DNA of 63,649 bases, filler included, from Octopus bimaculoides (lineage: Eukaryota): assembly GCF_001194135.2 (NCBI RefSeq). It is 6 parts of 6 records of this genome, joined end to end, with 100 filler letters (N's around TTAATTAATTAA, not from the genome) between each part and the next. Parts side by side here need not be neighbours in the genome. Positions count along the whole stretch, not along the records: positions 23,702 to 50,099 come from NC_068981.1; 5 more parts are not named here. The stretch is one strand, 5' to 3'. Shown in pieces: positions 36,161 through 48,795 of the stretch (positions are counted from its first letter, which is position 1; every line of letters begins with the position of its first letter). A program made the translations under genes and the position numbers. The notes below the pieces were generated by a model that did not search any database, was not told the origin of the DNA, and worked only from the letters and a program-made list of their open reading frames with translations.

Positions 36161-37779
36161 TAGGAGGAATAATAAAAAAAATGTTTCTGCAATATATTCC
36201 CAGAAAACTATCAGCCACAATTATTAATAATATAAACAATTTAATTAGTAAAATTATGAACGTAATCACAAAACAAACAGTAATCTTTTGTTAACTTTAT
36301 GATTCCAAACGAACCAGAAAGGGCGTTGTGTTCTTCAGTTAATTATCAGTTGATCTTATCTAGGAACCGTCTTTGCATCTTTGTTTTTTTTCATTTCCGA
36401 TTATGATTTCTTGTTTTAAAAAACAAAATACATAAATAAATGAAGTTTTTGTTATTTTGGAATCGGATGGAAACCATCATCACCTCTTAGAAAATCCTGA
36501 ATAACATCGTGAAAAAAATTAGTTATCATTGTTTAATTATTTTGCTAAATTGGTGTTATTGTTGTTACAGGGGTGGTCTGGCATTGGCGCAGAGCCACAT
36601 ATTTTGCAAGGAAGAACCAAGACGGATTAAATTGCTTTCTATCTTATCAGTCCCCAGAAGGGTAAATAAAATATGTTGATGAGATTAGAGTAATTTCTCC
36701 GATGCCCCTACCGATTCTGGCACCTACCTATGTTTGTGCTAGTTATTAATTAAAAAGCTCTGTGAGAAAAGAATCGTTATAACACTGCCTCATTAGCAAT
36801 CACTGAAATGTGTAGCGAACAACCTACAGCAGTAGAAGTCAATTACGGGATTAATAGAAAGAAAAAAGCAGCCTTGTTCTCTCCCAATAGACAAAACTCT
36901 TTCATCACCGGAGATCTGGGAGTTAGAGTTAAAACAACAAGAAGAAAGAGTAAAACAACAAAAAGAAAGAAAAATCTTAGAAAATTTACTTAAACAAAAG
37001 AATACCATCACTGCTAAAACATTCGTTTCTGAAAATATTTCAGATAAAAAGTAAAGTTAGTGAGTGACCCTCAAATATTTTGGCCCTGTCTGAAGTTATT
37101 TGGTATAATGCTGATCTTTATGGTCGTCCTGTTTCGATAGAAATGTAAGAAAACATTTAAACCTTGAAAAGGTAGTTTAGATTAAAGGAAAATTAATTCA
37201 CTACTGAAGTGATTCAGGAAGGCTACAGTCTTGGGCTAGAACACAAAAGAATAAAGGAATACTGTACTTTTAAACCTCACAAGTACTCAAACTTTGTTTA
37301 CCCTGGACTTCCACAAGGGTTAGAGAAAATCAGTTAAAAACGAGATTAATTGAAAAGTTCTTTATACGAGATAGTGATATGAAACTGAAGCAATTTATAT
37401 TCATAATGCAAATTATATATAGTAAAAAAATTACTCGGGGTAGAAAAATTTTGATGAGAAATTACCAAAACACTGACAACGAAAAAAAAAATCCAACTAA
37501 AAAACGAAAACAACAACAAACAAGACTCCCTTAAAAGCTGGTGATAAAATAAAATACTCATCTGCAAATTAATGAGCAGAAAGAAAAACTAGAGCTGTAG
37601 AAAACAAAAAACGAAACCTAAAGTTTTCTGCATCAGTATCATCAAACGAGCCATTGTAAATATATCTCAAAACACATCGTCAAACAAGGTCACTTTTCCA
37701 AGGAAAAAAATCCCCAGTTACTTCTTTAGGACGCATACAATTTAATTATAAAATAATGCAGATTTCTTCGACACTACAA

Positions 37780-38895
37780 CTACCCATAGAAAAGCAGCAA
37801 CCATCGATTACACAAACGTGGCATCAATCATAGATAAAATGAACCTAAACAGGTACGGGTGGATTCCTTGCAATTCTCTCGAAAACATGCAAAGTAACTC
37901 TAGAAAACTCCAGTTATTATTCGAAAGCTTCTTTGCAAGTAGTAAGCTCTTCAAAAAGCTGAAGGGTGTCTTTGTATACCCCATTCATTAGGGAGGATCT
38001 AGATCAGAAACCTAAATTCCTGCCTTGCACTAGAAAAGTCATGAAATGAATTATAAAGGAACAATTGATTGAGTTCTTAAGGGAAAATTACTCGTTAAAT
38101 GACATTCAGTTTCTGGCCACGTTGAATTTGCTTCACTCAGCCTCTGCAGTAATACGATTAGAACCTTGGGCAGATTCTCAACAATCCAAATGTAGATGTG
38201 GATATCTCGACTTTGCGAAGGACTTTGTTGATCATGGAAACAATCACCGCCTACAAAGGAAAAGAAAGGCCCCAATGATATCAAAGACATGCAGGAAGAC
38301 AGCAATTAAATATACAAATGGCAGACGAAAACAATGCTGGACTGTTTCATTCCTTTGGCTGTCATCACTCAAATATATTCTTTTCTACTTTAGGCACAAG
38401 GCCCAAAATTTGTGGGGAGGGGACCAGTCGATTAGATAGACCCCAGTACGCAACTGGTATTTAATTTATCGACCCCGAAAGGATGAAAGGCAAAGTCGAT
38501 CTCGGCGGAATTTGAACTCAAAACGTAAGGGCAGACGAAATACCGCTAAGCATTTCGCCCGGCGTGCAAACGTTTCTGCCAGCTCGCCGCCTTCATCACT
38601 CAAATATATTGCAACCATGATACACGGGGAGGCTAGAAGGATTTCAGAGTTACGATCAGTGCGTGACAAGAGCATCAAACTGAGTAATGATACGCATATT
38701 GTTAATATGGCAAAAAGGTGCAGGCAACTGACTGACTGGATTTGGAAGACGCTTAAAATAAGAGAACAAGAAACCATGTTGGTTCTACGAAAGGCATTAG
38801 TTCTCAGTTGCTCGGATTATTTCTCTCAACTATGGCTTTCACATAATATCACAGTTACTGTAGAACTTTAAGTAATCCAACGCAGATTGTCAGTA
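37780..38895 (+). pseudogene. CR1-clade LINE reverse transcriptase relic, interrupted by a SINE
   Basis: LQLLFESFFAS; KGVFVYPIH*GGSR; KVMK*IIKEQLIEFLRENYSLNDIQF; YLDFAKDFVDH; then HIVNMAKRCRQLTDWIWKTLKIREQETMLVLRKALV..DYFSQLW..IQRR, matching CR1-type ORF2 motifs. Confidence 0.8.
38380..38592 (-). mobile_element. SINE family A with perfect 18-bp target-site duplication
   Basis: TCATCACTCAAATATATT at 38362-38379 and 38593-38610. Confidence 0.95.
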
Positions 38896-39038
38896 GATTA
38901 GCTACTGAAGAAGTTTGAAAGCGTTAAGACTCAAGTTCCTGAATTGAATAAAGGAAAGAGGGGCAGTAATACATACATGCATACATAGATATATAGAAGT
39001 GTGTGTATGTACGTCTTCTTCCTTCTTCTCTCTCTCGC

Positions 39039-39088
<50 letters not shown>

Positions 39089-39149
39089 CTCTCTCTATAG
39101 CGTTTCCAGCTCCTCCTCAACTTCTTTCAATAGTTCACTTCCCTGTTAC

Positions 39150-39508
39150 CGTTTCCCATTGCAGCCATTTCTAGAATGTACCCATTAACGTACAATATCT
39201 CCATTCAGCCACACGATGGGTCGTGTTAGACGCAGCGCTGACCGCCTCAAAGGCGAGTATATCCACTTACAGCTTTTCGGCGGGTTAAAAAATTACATAC
39301 ACCCAAGCCCCAATTTTCTTTGATAGATTAGGGCATGGGATCCTCCAAACTGACGTATTACATGTCGATTAGTCGAATTGGACCATCATTTAACTCCACA
39401 AATGTTTTGTCGTCAATGCTGCACTTTCCCGTATCACCTGTTTCAACACATTTATAAACAAATTATACCATTTTAATCCCGAGCAACGCCAGGTATTTCT
39501 GGTAGTAT
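39150..39508 (-). mobile_element. Possible Helitron/Helentron-like non-autonomous element, 5' part
   Basis: Minus strand begins tactaccagaaatacctggcgttgctcggg, resembling recalled DINE/HINE-type 5' ends (tactagc..cccggcgttgcccggg). Extent uncertain. Confidence 0.45.
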
Positions 39509-39580
39509 TGTATAAATACTATACAAACACTATTAGATTGTATACGAGCGCCTACTGATTTTTCTGACTTGTGAAAAACT

Positions 39581-39614
<34 letters not shown>

Positions 39615-39682
39615 CTCTCTTCATATATGTGTATGTGTGTATGTATATATACCTATAAGTACATCCACCTTCACACACACCA

Positions 39683-39814
<132 letters not shown>

Positions 39815-40434
39815 ACACTCCTATGACTTATCATCTATTTCTGACAAGTAAGTCAACCGAATCGTCGAAAAGAAAAGGAAATGATCGTATCTATTTGTAA
39901 TCACGTCAATCTCACAAAGGCTGTCAAATATGTCAAACATTTCCGTTAATTTTTAGCCAGTGAAACTGTTATGTGTACATTATGTAAGCTCTAGATGTTC
40001 AAACTCGGTCAGTCACTGAATTTATTGATTCTTTGGTCTGTAACTAAAACCAGTTTCCCCGTTCATATAAATGGCAACATCAGAACTGTGTGAAGGTGCG
40101 GCGGATTTCAGTTTAGGTAGACGTTTCTGAGTTTAGTGTAGTATGAAAGTAAGGTATTTTGGTCGTATATTGAATGTAATTACTCTTGCGGATACTCATC
40201 CTGTTAAAGATTACTAATTCAATGAAGACGAAAAGCTAAAATATGAAGTAGCTTAATGATCAAGCTACTTCTTTAACCAGATCCAGATTATCCTTTATGC
40301 CAAATCCTCTGAATCTGAAAGGAGTCTTGCCAGATCAAATATCATTGCTATATCTACCAGCAATTACATAATACCTTTGTTACATGTAAGGGAGAAAATG
40401 GCACCCATACTGCCTGCACTAGCCTATAACTATT

Positions 40435-40632
40435 TTTCATTTAGGCACGAGGCCAATAGTTTTGAGGAGAGGTGTCTAATGGATATCATGATATCATCAA
40501 CCACGGTACTTCATTTTATCGACCCTAAAAGGAAGAAAAGCAAGCTGACCTCGGTGTAATTTGAACCCAGTACGTTTGAGACAGAAGAAATATCGCAACG
40601 TATTTTGTTCGATGTTCTAACAATTCAGTTAG
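40435..40632 (-). mobile_element. Degenerate SINE family A
   Basis: ttaggcacgaggcc..gtacttcattttatcgaccc..gacctcggtgtaatttgaaccc..gttagctcgttacct. Confidence 0.75.
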
Positions 40633-40680
40633 CTCGTTACCTCCGCACACGCTAACATATAACTGAAATAAAGAGGAATC

Positions 40681-40735
<55 letters not shown>

Positions 40736-41709
40736 CAGACAGACAGAGAGAGACAGAGAGAGAGAGAATGGCGAGCATTATATATCGTTCCGAAAATTTT
40801 TTGGGTTCATAAGACTAACCCGGCCGTAGCCGGCCGAGCGTACCCATTGTTATTTAAATGTATATTTGAACCCAAATCTTGTTAGTACATTCGTTCAAAC
40901 ACCTGATTTCACTTTGCAAACAGTTGAGTTATTGTCTCTGACATTATTTGGCCTGATATTTGAACTCAGTGAATTTTGGAAGATTTTTTTTCCACATTTT
41001 TTGNNNNNNNNNNNNNNNNNNNNNNNNNNNNNNNNNNNNNNNNNNNNNNNNNNNNNNNNNNNNNNNNNNNNNNNNNNNNNNNNNNNNNNNNNNNNNNNNN
41101 NNNNNNNNNNNNNNNNNNNNNNNNNNNNNNNNNNNNNNNNNNNNNNNNNNNNNNNNNNNNNNNNNNNNNNNNNNNNNNNNNNNNNNNNNNNNNNNNNNNN
41201 NNNNNNNNNNNNNNNNNNNNNNNNNNNNNNNNNNNNNNNNNNNNNNNNNNNNNNNNNNNNNNNNNNNNNNNNNNNNNNNNNNNNNNNNNNNNNNNNNNNN
41301 NNNNNNNNNNNNNNNNNNNNNNNNNNNNNNNNNNNNNNNNNNNNNNNNNNNNNNNNNNNNNNNNNNNNNNNNNNNNNNNNNNNNNNNNNNNNNNNNNNNN
41401 NNNNNNNNNNNNNNNNNNNNNNNNNNNNNNNNNNNNNNNNNNNNNNNNNNNNNNNNNNNNNNNNNNNNNNNNNNNNNNNNNNNNNNNNNNNNNNNNNNNN
41501 NNNNNNNNNNNNNNNNNNNNNNNNNNNNNNNNNNNNNNNNNNNNNNNNNNNNNNNNNNNNNNNNNNNNNNNNNNNNNNNNNNNNNNNNNNNNNNNNNNNN
41601 NNNNNNNNNNNNNNNNNNNNNNNNNNNNNNNNNNNNNNNNNNNNNNNNNNNNNNNNNNNNNNNNNNNNNNNNNNNNNNNNNNNNNNNNNNNNNNNNNNNN
41701 NNNNNNNNN

Positions 41710-42070
41710 CGTCGCTTACGACGTCGAGGGTTCCAGTTGATCCGATCAACGGAACAGCCTGCTCGTGAAATTAACGTGCAAGTGGCTGAGCACTCTACAG
41801 ACACGTGTACCCTTAACGTAGTTCTCGGGGATATTCAGCATGACACGGTGTGACAAGGCTGGCCCTTTGAATTACAGGTACAACAGAAACAGGAAGTAAG
41901 AGTGAGAGAAAGTTGTGGTGAAAGAGTACAGCAGGGTTCGCCACCATCCCCTGCTGGAGCCTCGTGGAGCTTTAGGTGTTTTCGCTCAATAAACACTCAC
42001 TCACAACGCCCGGTCTGGGAATCGAAACCGCGAGTCCGCTGCCCTAACCACTAGGCCATTGCGCCTCCAC
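41710..42070 (-). mobile_element. SINE family C (tRNA-derived head)
   Basis: Reverse complement gtggaggcgcaatggcctagtggttagggc (A box)..ggtttcgattccc (B box); the head matches 57727 and the 3' part matches 14700-14825. Confidence 0.85.
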
Positions 42071-42084
42071 ACACGTATTATATA

Positions 42085-42329
42085 TGTAATATATCTGTAT
42101 TGTATATGTGATAATTATACTCGTGATCCTCCTGTCCGTGAATAAAGACTCTCTTGCGTCGAACCGGTTCGTAGTGCAAGGGTTGTGGACTGCCGCCGTA
42201 TATGATTGCACTATATTTACAGTGATTCATATAAGAAGATAGAGGAATAAATTATATTCAAATCCATTGAACTGAGGGGATTTGTGAGATTGACGATAGA
42301 TGCATGACCGATCTATAGACCAAGCTACA
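42085..42329. mobile_element. Possible solo LTR
   Basis: TG..CA ends (tgtaat..gctaca), internal aataaa, 245 bp. No clean TSD and no partner LTR. Confidence 0.3.
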
Positions 42330-42599
42330 TATTTATTCGTCTTATAAAATGGACAAAAGCTATTGAAATGGTTTGAAGAGTTGCAATGATAGAATAGAGA
42401 AAGCATGTCTTTTCACAGTATATTTTCTTTTACAGTGATTTCGTATCTTGTCACAAACATTGGGTTGTACCTACATTCCAATGATGGTGTTTCCTATATT
42501 TGTTAGCAACCAGCTCTTCCACTTACAGGAAGACTTTAAATAATTAAAAGTAGAAGCGAACGAGCATACATGCATGCATACATACATACATACATACAT

Positions 42600-42930
42600 T
42601 TATGGTAAATTAATGCGGAACTTACAGTTCTTATACCTTATCTATCATCATAGGTTCATTAGGCTATGTACCTACAGATTTACACAAAAACCAAGAAATA
42701 CTAAGTTTTTCGAAGAAAGAGCAAAAAAAAAAAAAGAAAAAAAAAAAGGAAAACTGACGCGCATTCTCCAAATCCAATCTATTAGTGGCACAGTGAAAAT
42801 TTGTAAGACGTTTCAAAGATTCTCCATCTGAGATTCTTTAGACTTAAGTGTGCGCACCGACAGCTGAACCAACACACCAACTCAACCACATATTTACAAG
42901 CACTGGGAATTCTCTCAAACAGTCTTGTCG
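42600..42930 (-). repeat. Dispersed repeat family E, uninterrupted copy
   Basis: Reverse complement aligns to 17983-18120 plus 18520-18700. Confidence 0.75.
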
Positions 42931-43722
42931 CTTTGTTAGCTACGGCTTCGTCTCTCTTAAGTAGAACTTAAATAAAACTCAAAGAAAAACATTATATCCA
43001 TCCATCCATCCATCCATCCATCCATCCATCCATCCATACATACATACATACATACGTACGTACGTACATACATATGCTACAGATAATCGCGTTATCGAGG
43101 ACTATAAAACTGCAAGACCTCTGCAAGATTTAAAGGATGATGAACAAAACAAGATGCCTTCCATCACAATCTTGCTCCCGGGGTCAAAATTTACTCTAAA
43201 TTAAAGAGTAAGAGGACGGGCATACATACATACATATATACATACATACATACATACATACATACATACATACATACGTACATACATACGTACATACATA
43301 CATACATACATAATTCATATTGTTCTTTGGGAACAAAACATTTAACATACAGCCAAAAAAGAAGACAGCTGCTCAGTTTAACGTCAAGATGATTAAAACA
43401 AGAGAAAGAAGACATTCTTGAACTATTGGCGACGAATTCACAAACTAATCACACAGACTACACTTTTAGCATTATACTCGTTATTGTACACCAAACAACC
43501 GATGTTAAAGTATAACTGAAGTTGGATTGTTAAAGAAATGCTATAGCTTCATAATCTACACTCAACAGATGATCGCAGATAGCTTGAGTAATATAAATCT
43601 ACGTTGAACCTTTGATCTCAAGTCTTCTCAGTCAGGGCTGACCCGGGATTAAATGACAACCACCACCACCAGCAGCAATAGCAACGCCACCACCGCCTCC
43701 ACCGCAGCTGCTGCTACTGCTT

Positions 43723-43768
<46 letters not shown>

Positions 43769-44047
43769 GGTAACAACATTTGTAGTAAATCATTAATGCG
43801 AGCATTGGTTATGTGAAACTCAGTGGATCCGTTCAACAGGTTTTGTTGTCGTTTAAAAAGATAACTGATGACGTTTAAGACCAGGCTGTGATGATATACG
43901 GACATTAAATGAAGAATTAAAATAAGGGAAGAGATTTATATTATATACTTGTTATCGGTAGCATTGGTTTGTGATAAACAGATGCTGAAGTAATTTTCAC
44001 CACGGTGATCTGGCAGACACATATATAAGTGACAAAGAAAAATAATA

Positions 44048-44107
<60 letters not shown>

Positions 44108-44109
44108 GA

Positions 44110-44340
44110 CGGCGATCTGGCAGAAACGTTAGCACGCCGAGCGAAATACTTAGCGGTATTTCGTCTGCCGTTACGTTCTGAGTTAAAATTCCGCCGAGGT
44201 TGACTTTGCCTTTCATCCTTTCGGGGTCGATTAATTAAGTACCAGTTACACACTGGGGTCGATGTAATCGACTTAATCCCTTTGTCTGTCCTTGTTTGTC
44301 CCCTCTATGTTTAGCCCCTTGTGGGCAGTAAAGAAATAAG
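44110..44340 (+). mobile_element. SINE family A, full length (long-tail subtype)
   Basis: Nearly identical to 4229-4462. Confidence 0.94.
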
Positions 44341-44411
44341 ACACGTATGTATACGATGGCTCGACTGCATACGTCTAAGCACGCTTGCACAAACATACAC
44401 CTGGAATCGCA

Positions 44412-44603
44412 TGTATGATGGTGGTGATAGTGGTGGTAGCAGCAGCGGCGGTGGTGACGATGGTGTTGATGATGATGACGACGACCACGACCACGAAGAC
44501 AACGATGATGATGATGACACCGCCGATGACCATCATCACCACTATGATAACAATGATGGTGGTAGTGGTGGTGGTGATAATGGCGATGACGATTATGATG
44601 GAA
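44412..44603. repeat. Cryptic (GAT/GGT/GAC/CAT)n trinucleotide tract (a similar one at ~54070-54250)
   Basis: Directly visible; it produces the poly-D/G/H ORF 44321-44608. Confidence 0.9.
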
Positions 44604-44789
44604 TTTAAGAGATTTTATGCTTTAACAGAACTAAAGTGTTTGTGTTGGTCCTTTTCCAGTGGATGATAAAACAACGCCTAATCTGTATAGCGATGTCCCT
44701 AAGTCTCGCAATCAACTCTGATTGAACAGATCTATGATCAAAGACCTTCCAGCCATGACAAAGCCGTCATATTTTTCAAACTATTTTCA

Positions 44790-45262
44790 TCTTTTATCTT
44801 AATCCCTTACTTGCTTCAGTCATTGAACAGCGGCCATGTTGGTGCACCGCCTTCAAGGAATTTAGCGAACAAATCAACCCCAACATTTACTTTTTAACTC
44901 AGGTATTTATTTTGTCAGTCTCTTTTGCTGAACCGCTGTGTTATGTGGATGTAGACAAGACAACACAGGATGTCAAGCGCAGGTGGGGGACACAAACACA
45001 ACACAACACAACACAACATAAACACAACACACACGCACGCACACGCATACACACACACACGCACGCACGCACGCACACACACATACACACAAACACACAC
45101 ACACACACACACTGTAAATACACAAACGGTGAGTTTCTTTCAGTTTCCGCCTACCAAATCTACTTTGTTCGGCCCGGGGTTGTAGATGACTTTTGCGCAA
45201 GGTCACTGAATCCAAGATCACATAGTCTTGGAAGCATGTTTCTTACCGACAAAGCCACGCCC
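44790..45262 (-). mobile_element. SINE family B, degenerate, internal (CA)n
   Basis: cttgcttcagtcattgaacagcggccatg..gtttctttcagtttccgcctaccaaatc..cttaccgacaaagccacgcc. Confidence 0.85.
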
Positions 45263-45539
45263 ATTTTCTTATGTCCTTGAAACAATGTAATTTGAAATAA
45301 ATTTGGCTGCCGTCATTTAGCAGGACGTGCGACCACAAGAGGCTTCACTTCCTGCTGACTTCTAAATAGATAGATTGTCGCCAGTGCAAATTTCCTGTTA
45401 TTCAAAAGTACGACCTACTTTCGATTCCATGTTGCATGGATTTCATGTTATATGTTTCACATATATTTTCATGGTTATTATTGGAAGGGTGTAGATGTCA
45501 TATCTTCTATTTCTCGAATTCTAGAACCAATATCTTTAA

Positions 45540-46110
45540 TCGTCTGCTGACAGATAATACTGATTTGGAGCAATATTGAAGCAGAAAATACAGGCATCTG
45601 ATATATGATTATATTTCCTTTAATGTGAAGAGAGTAGCAGCTGGCCAAGTTATATAAGACGATGAAAAGTCGACAGTTCATACCTACCCACAGCATTGTG
45701 ACTTTGTTATGGAAATTTACTTCTCAAAAGTTTAAGACACCTGGTTATAATCAGGTATCACATAGAGTAGCAGTCGCCCAGTTGTCGTCAATGGGAGCAT
45801 TTCATAACTGAGTTTTTCGTTAGATCGTAATGCTGAACGAAAATTCTCACATGAACAAGGACTGATGCGCGCAGTCCCTCTGAAGAGATTACAATATGTT
45901 CTGCATTACAGAAGCTAGTAGGCAGAACACCATTAAATTGACTGTAGAAGTAGCAGAGATTACCTCAAAGTGGATGTGGTTTACGAAGTGCGAGCCCAGG
46001 AAGGAATTTTTTCAACTGAACAAAAGCTAGGATTTGAGATCAGCCCTGGATAAGAGTGTCTGATGTTCAAAAACTCGGAACACCTAATGACCCTAGGAAG
46101 CATCACTAAC
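45540..46110 (+). pseudogene. Possible RTE-clade LINE relic
   Basis: RLPQSGCGLRS (~45958-45990; cf. LPESQCGFR) and KNSEHLMTLGS (~46070; cf. V..F.YLGS). Otherwise heavily decayed. Confidence 0.45.
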
Positions 46111-46122
46111 GATGTGCGAAAA

Positions 46123-46159
<37 letters not shown>

Positions 46160-46164
<5 letters not shown>

Positions 46165-46350
46165 ATACTTGTGGATGGTTATATTTTGCCAGTTAAACAC
46201 AAGCACTATATATCTGGTCATCACTTCAGCCTTATTGTTATTTTAGTTTCTTTGTCGAAGTTCTTTCGTCAGACTTCCTGTGACCTCTTCAACGGCTCTC
46301 TGTCTCACGTGTCTCCTATTGTTCTGCTTATTCCATTTTGTCTTTCTGTG
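46160..46350 (-). mobile_element. PLE-like hammerhead-bearing repeat (family H), copy 2
   Basis: Minus strand aaaatggaataagcagaacaa..gagagccg-TTGAAGA-G-GTCA..TGAC-GAAA-GAAC-TT-cgac, collinear with 30995-31155. Confidence 0.75.
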
Positions 46351-46599
46351 GTATATATACCTATCTGTGCATGCGTTTGCGTGGTAAGTACATGCACGCC
46401 CGCACGCGCGCACACACATTCCGTGAAGGTAAGACCAACAAAAAATGCACTCCGTTTGGTGAGATAAATATTATTTAATAAACACAATATATATTTCTAT
46501 GAGCTACTAATAGTTTCATGCGATGAAAACAACTCAGACAGCATTTCATAACCCATCTGGTGGCTTCATGCAATCCTCAGGCTCTACCAACATGACATA

Positions 46600-48795
46600 A
46601 CTAGCTAAAACAGGACGATAGAATAAGAGAAAATACGAGAAAAGGCGAGAAGAAAGTAGATGTGGAAGGTAGAAAGTTGAAAACACCAGAAAACGACGCT
46701 GAAGAACAGGGTGAGCTGCTACCAGCATACCCTGAAAGACACGTCAGGAGCGAGTTTGAAGAAGAGGTAGAGAAGTGGATTAAGGAAGGAGGAGGTGGTG
46801 AGTGGAGTGCTACCTCTAATGGCAGTGGTGCAACCAACAAAGGGCAAAGTTAGACCGGTACTAGACTTTCGGGAGATGAACGGCCATGTATCGTGCCACA
46901 CAGGTGGCGAGGTGACCGACGTCTGCGATGAGACGCTGCGCGTATGGAGGCAGTCTACTTAGGCAGCGACGGTTGTTGACTTGAAGTCGGCATATTTGCA
47001 GCTCCATGTGAGCAGCAAACTGTGGCAGTACCAACTGGTGCGATACAAGGGCCGGACATATTGTCTGACAAGGTTGGGTCTGGGGTTGAATTCTGCGCCG
47101 AAGATCATGGCGACAGTGCTCAAATATATCCTAGGAAAGGTGGATAGGATAAGAAGGGCCAACAATTCCTACATAGATCACATCCTAGTGCCTGCCACAG
47201 AGATTGTGAGACATCTGAAAAAATTCGAGCTGATTGCGAAGCCACCGGAGTGGCTGGAGGAGCGGCACTGAGGCTTAAGCTTCAGAGAGATAGAACAAGC
47301 GAGTTGGTGTTTCGTAGGGGGAACAAGATCCTGGAGCAGGGTAGCAACGTCAGCCGGAGGAAACTGTTCTTGATGTGCGGGAAATTAGTAGGTCACTACC
47401 CGATTGCGGGGTGGATGCATACGGCATGCAGTTACACCAAGAGACGAGCAGAAGGGGAGAACTGGAGTGACAAGGTGACGATGATGTGGGAAATCCTGGA
47501 GAGGACGAGAGCGGAAGACCCAGTCAGAGGGAACTGGCATGTGCCCAAATCGGATAACGGGACCGTATAGTATGATGCTAGCAGCATCACACTATACGGA
47601 AGTACCGAATTGGAGGATACCGCCTGGCTTCGAAAAGCAGACGACTACAACCACATCAATGTCGCTGAGTCGGACGCAGTGCTGAAGGGGGTGAATTTGG
47701 CCTTGAAATGGAGGCTGCGCTCCATCGAAATCTGGATGGATTCGGCTACCGTGCTTGGCCGGGTAGGATCGGTGATCACCGACGAAAAGAGGGTGCGAAC
47801 CTAAGGGGTTGCGGATATGATAGTGAAGCGCCGCCTAGGGATTCTAGGGGAGCTGATTGGCGAACTCAGCCTGAAGCTGAATGTGGTCTTTATGCCTTGA
47901 AAGAGAAACAAGGCAGACGCTCTAACAAAGGTAAAAAAAAGGCCTGGTTAGGGGAGCCGAAAGAATCGAAGCAAGAGGTAGTCTCGGTGTGTCAGTTAAA
48001 TGACTCCGAGCTAAGGAGACTGCATGCCATGCATCATATGGGCGTAGATAAGACCTCGTATCTCGCCAGGAGGATTGACGCCGACGTTACCAGATGAAGC
48101 ATCCAGAAGGTGGTCGGGAACAGCGACAGGTGTCAATCTATCAACCATGCTCCAGGTGTGCACGAGCAGGGAAACATTTTGGTAGAGCACAACTGGAGAC
48201 GACTAGCAGTGGATGTAACACACTACCGGCAGGGGACGTATCTCTCGGTGGTCGACTGTTGGCCGGGCTGGATGGCAATTTGGAGGNNNNNNNNNNNNNA
48301 TTCTGTACGAGGTATTCTTAGAGCGAGGCCCTGTGGACGAATTGCTGATGGACAACAGCACAGCATTTTGTTCGGAGGCGCAGAAGGAGATGCTTGATCG
48401 GTAGAAAGTGCACCGCTTTTTCAGAGTGACATACAGGCTCATATGTGGAGAGACATCATCGAACGATCAAGTCCATGGCGGAGAGGGGACATGTTTCGCC
48501 GCTGGAAGCGGTGTTCTGGTACAACATGTCACGCCGATCAGGACAGGCTGAAGAGTCCGTGCCACATAGAGCGATATTCAAATATGAATGGCGGCATCCG
48601 AGTAAACCATCGAGATGCCCTGTAGAAGAGAGAAGGCCCGACTTTGTCGAGATGGGATATGAAATCTGGGTCAAGTCACCAAAGGCGTGCTGTACAACTC
48701 AGTGGAACAGAGGAATAGTGACGGCTGTCAATTCCCAAAACAACATTTCTGTGGATGGAATGCCGCGTCATGTCTTGGATGTTCGTAGGATTAAG
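46600..48795 (+). mobile_element. pol: LTR-retrotransposon pol (RT-RNase H-integrase order), disrupted, no LTRs seen
   Basis: GVLPLMAVVQPTKGKVRPVLDFREMNG..VVDLKSAYLQ..YCLTRLGLGLNSAPKIM..SYIDH (RT, YxDD mutated); GKLVGHYPIAGW; DASS..HINVAESDAVLKGVNLAL..WMDS (RNase H); LHAMHHMGV..CQS (HHCC); RLAVDVTHY..SVVDC..LLMDN..ERHHRTIK (DDE integrase). Several stops and frameshifts. Confidence 0.92.

Noticed and set aside
44321-44608. Asp/Gly/His-rich ORF as a biomineralisation or beak-type protein
   Set aside because: It starts inside a SINE tail and consists of a degenerate trinucleotide tract; a similar tract occurs at ~54.1 kb.
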